Of a DNA stretch of 64,000 nt, positions 57,037 through 64,000 are shown piece after piece. This DNA is from an uncultured Gammaproteobacteria bacterium. Its GTDB lineage: Bacteria > Patescibacteriota > Microgenomatia > UBA8517. Each line of letters starts with the position of its first letter. Positions within the stretch are counted from its first letter, which is position 1. The notes under the pieces are model-generated. The model did no database searches and was not told the origin of the DNA. It saw only the letters and a list, made by a program, of their open reading frames with translations. The stretch covers positions 115,019 through 179,018 of the forward strand of contig CAZRGC010000001.1 in assembly GCA_964599625.1 (NCBI GenBank), in the 5' to 3' direction. A program made the translations under genes and the position numbers.

Positions 57037-58122
57037 ATGGCAAATACACTCTTTGTTGGTTTTGGTCTTTCCAAATTGCGTTTGGAGGCAGTTTCGAAAA
57101 ACACTTTGCACCTTGTTGGCGTGTCGGGAAAAAGAAATAAATCAAGTATCTACAATATAGGTTACGATGCAAAAAAACCTAAAAAGGGAATGTTTTTGAT
57201 GTTTTCGGCGGTTTTGAGCTCCGGAAAAATACAAAAAGAGATAATTAGGATTGCAAAAAAGAAAAAAGTTACTCATATATATGATACTTTTGTTTTACCG
57301 GGTGCTTCGCTAATTTTTACCGTACCGTTAATAGCGGCGCTTCCTGACGTAAAATTTATAAAAGAAATACACAACAGTCATGGATTTTCAAGATCTTTTG
57401 GTGCCGAAAGCTTTATCAGATTTTTTTTGAACACAAAAAAGCAGATTGAGATAGTAAGAAAAAAATTTGACATAATTGTCTCCAGAAATAAATACTTGTC
57501 GACTAAATATAACGGTTTGTTTTTGCCGCCAGTTGTCCGTGTTATACACAAAAAAAGACCCAAACCCAAAGACAAAAAGATACGAGTGTGCTTTTTAGGC
57601 CATCCGTTAAAAAAGAAGGGTGTAGAAACAATGATAGAACTTCTGGGTCTGTTACCAAAAAACTCAATAGACGATATAACTTTCACTTTTGCTATGAGTA
57701 ATATTGGAAACAGACTTGATATCAAAAAAAGAATAAACAAGATATCTAAAATCAAAAAAATTAGTGCACGTTGTCTGGGAAACGTAAGTCCGGAACTTTT
57801 TTTTAGGGAACAGGATGTGTTATGTCTCCCCCTGAAAGATGAGTTTAGTTCTGCTGCAAGTTTTAATACGGTATTGGAGGCCATGGAAGCTGGTTGCATG
57901 GTTCTTACAACCGCAACAAACATATCCAAAGCAATCCTTAAACACAACAAAAACGGCATTTTAGTTAAAAAGAGCCAAGCCTCAAGCATTCTTAGGGTGT
58001 TGAATAAATTAAGGGAAAATAAATTAAATATTTCTAAGATTACAGACCAAGCGCGAGCTGATATAATTGAGCACTACTCTATGAAACAACTGAGGAAAGT
58101 TATGACCCAAATATATGACTAA
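57037..58122 (+). CDS. GT4 glycosyltransferase (divergent, very Lys-rich)
   Basis: FLGH..KKKG, NTVLEAMEAG, NGILV. Confidence 0.75.
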   Translation: MANTLFVGFGLSKLRLEAVSKNTLHLVGVSGKRNKSSIYNIGYDAKKPKKGMFLMFSAVLSSGKIQKEIIRIAKKKKVTHIYDTFVLPGASLIFTVPLIAALPDVKFIKEIHNSHGFSRSFGAESFIRFFLNTKKQIEIVRKKFDIIVSRNKYLSTKYNGLFLPPVVRVIHKKRPKPKDKKIRVCFLGHPLKKKGVETMIELLGLLPKNSIDDITFTFAMSNIGNRLDIKKRINKISKIKKISARCLGNVSPELFFREQDVLCLPLKDEFSSAASFNTVLEAMEAGCMVLTTATNISKAILKHNKNGILVKKSQASSILRVLNKLRENKLNISKITDQARADIIEHYSMKQLRKVMTQIYD

Positions 58123-58855
58123 AGCCAACATAACGGAAATTAAAGATTTTTATTCTGAGAATAAAGTTGTAAGGAGCTACAACAGTAGGAGGTTTACTGG
58201 TCTGGGGGGTGCTTATATCAACGAAAACGAAATTCAACCCAATATCGACTTTCTTCTTAGGTTCTTTAACAACCCATCAAAAACCAGAGTATTGGATATT
58301 GGCGCAGGCAGAGGCCGTTTGTCAGTACCTGTTAAAAAGGCTGGTTTTGAAGTTTATTGTTTAGATTCTAGTCCTGAAATGGTTAAAGTTTTAGAAAAAG
58401 AAATTCCTAAAAATAAAATATATATACAATCGGCATTCGACAGGATTAAAGGCTCAGCAAAGTTCGACTCTATAACCGGATTGAGGTTTTTTGATCATTT
58501 TGAAATTGGCGACCAGAAAAAAATTTTGGAAAATGTTAAGAACAGTCTTAAAAAGGATGGGGTGGTAGTCTTTTCTTGTCTAAGCAACCATGGTTTAGAA
58601 AGTTTTATTTCCCCATTTTTTTACTTTGGTAAAGTTAACTTTTATTATTCTGACGATAAATATAGAAAAATGTTTAACAAGTGCGGTTTCAAAGTAATTT
58701 CTAAAGATTCGAGATTTTTCTTGCCAAGAGGGTTGTTTTTGTATTCACAAAGAATGCCGATTGTAAGTAAATTTTTTATTTTTATTGACATTGTTTTACG
58801 TAAATTGTTTCCGTCAAGTTGCTCGTATTTAGTGTATCTGCTTCAATCAAAATGA
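58115..58855 (+). CDS. class I SAM methyltransferase
   Basis: VLDIGAGRGR, LDSSPEM, FDSI, LKKDG. Confidence 0.87.
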   Translation: MTKANITEIKDFYSENKVVRSYNSRRFTGLGGAYINENEIQPNIDFLLRFFNNPSKTRVLDIGAGRGRLSVPVKKAGFEVYCLDSSPEMVKVLEKEIPKNKIYIQSAFDRIKGSAKFDSITGLRFFDHFEIGDQKKILENVKNSLKKDGVVVFSCLSNHGLESFISPFFYFGKVNFYYSDDKYRKMFNKCGFKVISKDSRFFLPRGLFLYSQRMPIVSKFFIFIDIVLRKLFPSSCSYLVYLLQSK

Positions 58856-59916
58856 TTAGTGTTTTTTTGGGCACAAGACCGGAGATTGTGAAACTATCTC
58901 CGATCATAAGATTACTTATTAAGAAACAAAAAAAATTTGTAATTGTGCATACAAATCAGCATTTTTCCGCAAACATGGATAGTAGTTTTTTTGAAGCCTT
59001 GGAACTACCCCCCCCAAACTTTAATTTGAAAGTTGCAAAACGCAATAACGGAGAAATGCTTTCAGAAATAATAAGCAAAGCTGGGGAAGTTTTAAGTAAA
59101 GTGAAACCCAGTCTTGTGCTTGTACAGGGAGATACAAACAGTGTACTTGGTGGCACCCTCTCAGCTTTGAAATTGGGTATCCCGGTTGGTCATGTTGAGG
59201 CTGGCTTGCGGAGTTATGATGATTCAATGCCTGAAGAGTTGAATCGTAGGTTATGTGATCATGTGTCCGATTTTCTTTTTTGTCCAACCGATGTTCAGGA
59301 AAAAATATTACTCGGCGAAGGAATTTCCAAGAGTAGAATTTTTGTTACTGGTAACACCATAGTTGATGCTGTTTTGTCCAGCGCAAGTACTTCTATTGGG
59401 TCTGACCCCTCAGTGGCTGAGTATCTTTTGTTGACGTTGCATAGGCCTTCTAATGTCGACAACAGGGATGTTCTATCTGGGATATTAAAAGGTATCGAAG
59501 CTGTATCTAAAAAATTTAAAACCAAAGTCATCTTTCCTGTTCATCCAAGGACAAAAAAAATGCTTTCCAAATTCAATCTCACGCCTGACAAAAATATTTT
59601 CGAGTTGCTTGATCCTGTTGGGTATTTGAAAATGATTAATTACGAAAAGAACGCAAAACTCATCCTTACAGATTCTGGTGGAATTCAGGAAGAGGCCTGT
59701 ATTCTGAATGTTCCGTGTGTGACTATAAGGGAAAACACTGAACGTCCGGAAACAATAAAGGTGGGGTCTAACGCTCTTTCAGGTGTACAACCGGAAGCGA
59801 TACTCGACAAATCAGTAAAAATGATTAAAAAAAGAGGTGGCTGGGCAAATCCCTACGGTGACGGAAAGTCTGCGCAGAAAATCCTAAAGATTTTAGAAAA
59901 AAATAAGCTACTATGA
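58852..59916 (+). CDS. wecB: UDP-N-acetylglucosamine 2-epimerase (non-hydrolysing)
   Basis: GTRPE.VK, VQGDTNS, HVEAGLRS, MPEELNR, TLHR, TDSGGIQEEA, RENTERPE, NPYGDG. Confidence 0.95.
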   Translation: MISVFLGTRPEIVKLSPIIRLLIKKQKKFVIVHTNQHFSANMDSSFFEALELPPPNFNLKVAKRNNGEMLSEIISKAGEVLSKVKPSLVLVQGDTNSVLGGTLSALKLGIPVGHVEAGLRSYDDSMPEELNRRLCDHVSDFLFCPTDVQEKILLGEGISKSRIFVTGNTIVDAVLSSASTSIGSDPSVAEYLLLTLHRPSNVDNRDVLSGILKGIEAVSKKFKTKVIFPVHPRTKKMLSKFNLTPDKNIFELLDPVGYLKMINYEKNAKLILTDSGGIQEEACILNVPCVTIRENTERPETIKVGSNALSGVQPEAILDKSVKMIKKRGGWANPYGDGKSAQKILKILEKNKLL

Positions 59917-61082
59917 AAATTCTTTATATTGTTGATTATTATCAACCGGAGATTGGCTACGGTTCATACTATATTCCCAAGGAGTTGGCCAAAATAGGTC
60001 ACTCGGTTACCATACTTACATCCAATTTTTATTATCCTTTTCCAGACTATCAAGAAACGGCTGGTAAGATTCTTGGACAAAGAAGGGTGGCTGAGGGTGT
60101 GAATGTTAAAGAAGGTGTAAGAATTCTGAGAAGTAAACTATGGTTTGAAATATTTACCCGGGCTTTTTTTGGAGGGCATCTGACAGCATTGAAACTTTGT
60201 AAACCCGACCTCGTAATTGTTGATAAGACTGCCGGCTATAGCCAGGTTGTTATGTCGGTCCTCAAATACATATATGGATATCGCTTGGTTTCTGTTGATG
60301 CACATTTGCCGTCAGGATTTGTTGCAGAAGGAAATTTGGTTGCCAAAGAAGTATTTTATTGGATTTTCAGATTTTTGTTTTCGGGTCTTGTAAATAGGAA
60401 CGTTGATAAATTCATAGCAGTTCAAGAGAAAACCGTTCATATAATGAAAAAATACTATGGAGTAACCGGAAAAATTGTACATATCCCACTGGGAACTGAC
60501 ACCGAGACGTTTTCGTTTAATCGGAATCAACGTTTGAAGATAAGGAAAAAATATGGATTTAGTGAAAGTGAATTTGTTGTTATATACACGGGTAAAATAA
60601 TTAAGGAAAAAGGAGTCGACATTCTTTTTGAGGCCATGGAAATACTTATTAATAAATCCAGGAAGGTGAGACTTATGCTGGTGGGTGGTGGTTCAGATGA
60701 TTATCTTAAACTATGTTACTCAAGAATTGCAAACACCCACAGAAACAAAGTTGTTGAGGTTGGGTTTGTGAAGGCGGCTGACTTGTCAAAATACTATTCA
60801 GCTTCGGACTTGGCGGTCTGGCCGTTGCAGGAGTCAATGTCAATGAATGACGCCGCCTCCTGTGGCTTACCTTTCATAGCCAACAACACAATGGGAGCAA
60901 AGTTCAGGATAAAAAACAATAACGCATTACTATACGATAAAGGAAACTGTCGAGACCTTGCAAAAAAGATAGATTATTTGTATCAGCACAGAAAAATCGC
61001 AAAAGAAATGGGCGCACGTGGTAAGAGTTTGATGGACAGCGAACTTAGTTGGACACGTGTTGCCTCTGAATACATAAAATGA
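59913..61082 (+). CDS. GT4 glycosyltransferase
   Basis: LAKIGHSV, GTDTETF, YTGKI..EKG, YSASD..VWP, DAASCGLP. Confidence 0.83.
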   Translation: MKILYIVDYYQPEIGYGSYYIPKELAKIGHSVTILTSNFYYPFPDYQETAGKILGQRRVAEGVNVKEGVRILRSKLWFEIFTRAFFGGHLTALKLCKPDLVIVDKTAGYSQVVMSVLKYIYGYRLVSVDAHLPSGFVAEGNLVAKEVFYWIFRFLFSGLVNRNVDKFIAVQEKTVHIMKKYYGVTGKIVHIPLGTDTETFSFNRNQRLKIRKKYGFSESEFVVIYTGKIIKEKGVDILFEAMEILINKSRKVRLMLVGGGSDDYLKLCYSRIANTHRNKVVEVGFVKAADLSKYYSASDLAVWPLQESMSMNDAASCGLPFIANNTMGAKFRIKNNNALLYDKGNCRDLAKKIDYLYQHRKIAKEMGARGKSLMDSELSWTRVASEYIK

Positions 61083-62221
61083 ATCTACTTGAAATAGCAA
61101 TATCGGACCTTTTGGATATTAGATTTGCCATCTACGACAACATCGTTCATATCAAAAAGGCTATCGCTTGGCTGAAAAAAGCTCAAGTGAGTACGGGAAC
61201 GGCAGGTGTTTCCGCCTGGTACAGGTTCGACAAGGGTTGGGGTGAGCCGTTCATCGAAACTACCGGATATATAATAACAACCATGTTGGAAAGCGGGGCT
61301 TTCTTAAGAAATGCAAAATATACGAAAGCTGCAAAATCCATGAGCGATTTTATCCTTGAAACACAACTCGAAGACGGAGGGTTCAAAACCTATATTTCGT
61401 CGGATTATCCTACAATATTTAATACGGCACAAGATTTGTCCGGACTGTGCGATATTTTTAGCGCAACAAAAGATTCCAGATACTACAAATCAGCAAAAAT
61501 GGCGGCAGATTTTTTGGTGAAAAACCAGAATAAAGACGGTTCGTGGTTAAAATATTCCTATGATGGAAAAGCTCATTCATACGACAGCAAAGTTTCCCAC
61601 GCTCTCTTAAAATACTATGCTTTGTCTGGAAAAAAAATCTATAAATTTTCTGCAGTAAAAGGTTTGAACAAGGTATTAAAGTTTCAGAATAAAAATGGAT
61701 GGTTTAGAAATGCAGAGCTGCCGAATTTTAAATTTCCACCAACTCATACAATTGCCTACGTTATTGAAGGGTTACTGGATTCAGGTCTTATGTTAAACAA
61801 TGTTAGGTATATAAAATCCGCCGAAAAAGCCGCCAAAATGTTGATGGATTACTTTCAGCAAAACAATTTTTTGCCGGGAACTTTTGATGAACGGTGGTTG
61901 TCAAAAGATAAATATTCTTGTTTAACGGGTGATGCTCAGATCTCTGCAGTATGGTTAAAGTTGTATGAATATACAGGAATCAAAAGGTATCTGGTGAACG
62001 CAAAAGTTATGAATATATATTTAAAGTCACTGCAAAACTGCGAAACTGATAATAAAAACATTTTGGGCGGGATCAAAGGTAGTCACCCAATTTACGGAGA
62101 CTTAATTAAAAATCAAGGATATTGCAGACTTTCATACGTAAACTGGGCAGCCAAGTATTTTATAGATGCGTTAATATTGGAAAATTTGGCGGAGAGCGGC
62201 AAAAAACAAAAATATGTATAA
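61079..62221 (+). CDS. QW-repeat (prenyltransferase/squalene-cyclase-like) alpha/alpha-barrel protein of unknown function
   Basis: ETQLEDGGF, KNQNKDGSW, KFQNKNGWF repeats; ETTGYI, CLTG.AQ, NWAAKYFID. Confidence 0.65.
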   Translation: MNLLEIAISDLLDIRFAIYDNIVHIKKAIAWLKKAQVSTGTAGVSAWYRFDKGWGEPFIETTGYIITTMLESGAFLRNAKYTKAAKSMSDFILETQLEDGGFKTYISSDYPTIFNTAQDLSGLCDIFSATKDSRYYKSAKMAADFLVKNQNKDGSWLKYSYDGKAHSYDSKVSHALLKYYALSGKKIYKFSAVKGLNKVLKFQNKNGWFRNAELPNFKFPPTHTIAYVIEGLLDSGLMLNNVRYIKSAEKAAKMLMDYFQQNNFLPGTFDERWLSKDKYSCLTGDAQISAVWLKLYEYTGIKRYLVNAKVMNIYLKSLQNCETDNKNILGGIKGSHPIYGDLIKNQGYCRLSYVNWAAKYFIDALILENLAESGKKQKYV

Positions 62222-63065
62222 ACAAATAGCATCACTGTTAGATGTTGTGGAACACCCTTTAAATAGGAAAGACAAAATAAAAACACTTTTCAGAATATTG
62301 TGGTGGAAATTCAATCAGTATTTTCTAAACATTCCGGCGGTGGTAGAGATTCAAGACAACGTCAAATGTATCTGTTATCCAGACAGTTCTTATAGCGGAC
62401 TTGTAGTATACAAAAAATTACCGGAATACTATGAAATGAAGTATATAGCCAATATCTTAGAAAATAACGACAGGTTTATAGATATAGGGGCTAACATTGG
62501 TGCAATAAGTCTGATTGCTGCTTCTAGGATTGGCAAAAAGGGTAGGGTTTATGCTTTTGAACCTGATATTAATGTGTTACCAAGACTTAGAGAAAATGTG
62601 TGTTTAAATGATTATAAGAATATAGAAATTTTCAACAAAGCGGTTTCAGACTCGGTTTCCAGAATCAAATTTGTTAATGAAGGATTATCTGAGGTTAGCC
62701 ATTTGGCCTACAGCGACAACGAAACCGTATCTGTGGATAGTGTGAAGTCTGTAACGCTTGATGATTTTGTTCTAACAAGAAAAATCAAAAAAATAAAAAT
62801 GTTAAAAGTAGATGTGGAGGGTGCCGAAATGAAAGTGCTGCTGGGAGCAAAAAAAGCTTTGTCTCGGACAAGTTATTTACTGATTGAAATGAACAAAAAT
62901 TCACTGAAGTATGGGTATACGTTTGATCAGGCATTGAATTTCATACGACGAAGCAGGTTTGACGTTTTTATGTTTTCCGATTCCGGAAAATTGGTGAAAA
63001 TTAGTAAATGTCCGGATTTTGATAAGTCCATAAATGTCTTGGCAATTAATTCGAGATTGAAATGA
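62214..63065 (+). CDS. FkbM family methyltransferase
   Basis: FIDIGANIG, VYAFEP, TLDD, LKVDVEGAE. Confidence 0.92.
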   Translation: MYKQIASLLDVVEHPLNRKDKIKTLFRILWWKFNQYFLNIPAVVEIQDNVKCICYPDSSYSGLVVYKKLPEYYEMKYIANILENNDRFIDIGANIGAISLIAASRIGKKGRVYAFEPDINVLPRLRENVCLNDYKNIEIFNKAVSDSVSRIKFVNEGLSEVSHLAYSDNETVSVDSVKSVTLDDFVLTRKIKKIKMLKVDVEGAEMKVLLGAKKALSRTSYLLIEMNKNSLKYGYTFDQALNFIRRSRFDVFMFSDSGKLVKISKCPDFDKSINVLAINSRLK

Positions 63066-63778
63066 ATTATACACATCCCACTTATAGAATAATGAAAGGG
63101 TTTATAAATGACTATTTACATCATTCAAAAAAAATATCAATTTTAGATTACGGTTGTGGGAGTGGTTACCTCCTTGGTTTGTTACCTATAAAAGTAATCA
63201 AAAAATATGTCGGATACGAAACCTCTCAGGCAGCGTTGGATTCGGCTAAAATCAGATATGGAAAGAGAAGAAATACAAAATTTATCAAAGTCGACACCTC
63301 TAGGCCATTGTTTTTTGGAAATCGAAAGTTTGATGTTGTAATTGCAATAGGAGTGCTTCAATATATGACAGACAGACAGATTGATGAGTTTGTACGTAGG
63401 TCTTCAAAGGTGCTACGCAAGGGGGGTCTGTTGTTGATTAGTACTGTTTCCGACCATTCACTTTATAAAATTATTAATATTTATGGGATAGTGCTTCCAA
63501 ACCGCTTTATAAATAAAAACAAGATCAGTTCAGTTATCAAAAAAGCTGGGTTTGATTTAGATCTCTTACAAGAGAAGGGTATTTTTTTTGGACCACTTTT
63601 TTACCACAATTTGTCACTAATCTTCGATTTAATTGATAAGATATTTTTTAGAACAAAAGGCACGTTGGGTTTTTTTGGCAAAATTTCCAGGAAGTTTGCT
63701 TATTTTTTAGCCGAAGCTGAGTATGCGCTACCGTTGTCCGTAGGTTATACAATTTACATTAGGGCAATCAAAAAATGA
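63062..63778 (+). CDS. class I SAM methyltransferase
   Basis: ILDYGCGSG, FDVV, VLQY, LRKGG. Confidence 0.87.
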   Translation: MNYTHPTYRIMKGFINDYLHHSKKISILDYGCGSGYLLGLLPIKVIKKYVGYETSQAALDSAKIRYGKRRNTKFIKVDTSRPLFFGNRKFDVVIAIGVLQYMTDRQIDEFVRRSSKVLRKGGLLLISTVSDHSLYKIINIYGIVLPNRFINKNKISSVIKKAGFDLDLLQEKGIFFGPLFYHNLSLIFDLIDKIFFRTKGTLGFFGKISRKFAYFLAEAEYALPLSVGYTIYIRAIKK

Positions 63779-64000
63779 AGCAATTTCTGAACTCTTTTTC
63801 GATGTCGGTCACGGCTTTTTTTCTACTGGCTTTAACTCTGTCGTTGCTGGCTTACTTCACTCAGGGTAATAAATACATTTCTTTTTCAGACACTGCAAAG
63901 TTTGCTGATGTGGCTCGGGGTGTAGCTTTAGGCGACGGTTATCACACAAACTTTAAGTTTTACACTTGGTTATCACTCGATAACTTAAGAAATGAAATAT
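63775..64000 (+). CDS. probable GT-C membrane glycosyltransferase, 3'-truncated by window edge
   Basis: ATGA overlap with previous gene; TM helix then SDTAKFADVARGVALGDG, resembling the GT-C first-loop D...A...G.G pattern. Confidence 0.5.
   Translation, partial: MKQFLNSFSMSVTAFFLLALTLSLLAYFTQGNKYISFSDTAKFADVARGVALGDGYHTNFKFYTWLSLDNLRNEI

Noticed and set aside
59008-59015. C8 homopolymer in wecB (also T8 at 40672-40679) as possible phase-variation tracts
   Set aside because: Short, in frame and explained by Pro or Val/Phe codons; no frameshift seen; would need read-level length variation
1-64000. Alternative genetic code (UGA=Gly as in Gracilibacteria/Absconditabacteria), mobile elements, RNA genes, CRISPR
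   Set aside because: Genes are full-length under code 11 with TGA used as stop in many ATGA overlaps; no transposase, integrase, tRNA/rRNA or repeat-spacer pattern was seen

Overview
AT-rich, very gene-dense bacterial DNA (standard code, TGA = stop). Gene content and style point to a Candidate Phyla Radiation/Patescibacteria organism, most likely Microgenomates (Woesebacteria-like); this is inference from remembered protein styles, not a database hit. Almost the whole 64 kb is one cell-surface glycosylation super-locus, with genes truncated at both window edges. It encodes nucleotide-sugar enzymes (GalE, GalU-type, RmlB/C/D, Fcl, WecB), about 12 GT2 and 4 GT4 soluble glycosyltransferases (five look like polyprenol-phosphate-sugar synthases, one fused to a GtrA flippase), a Wzx flippase and five SAM methyltransferases. 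It also encodes about 20 GT-C-fold membrane glycosyltransferases (ArnT/PMT-like, YfhO/PTPS-related, PIG-V-like, GT87/ALG6-like), including a 14-kb array with seven close paralogues. Notable details: an identical 11-mer (AATGATACAAT) at three divergent gene junctions that looks like a bidirectional leaderless promoter; -10 boxes 5-8 nt before many start codons; an RmlB fused to a degenerate Nudix domain; an internally deleted galE paralogue kept as a doubly coupled 33-aa mini-ORF; an archaeal-type DUF35 protein; and a QW-repeat barrel protein. No rRNA, tRNA, CRISPR array or mobile element was seen. All family assignments are from motif recognition by eye.
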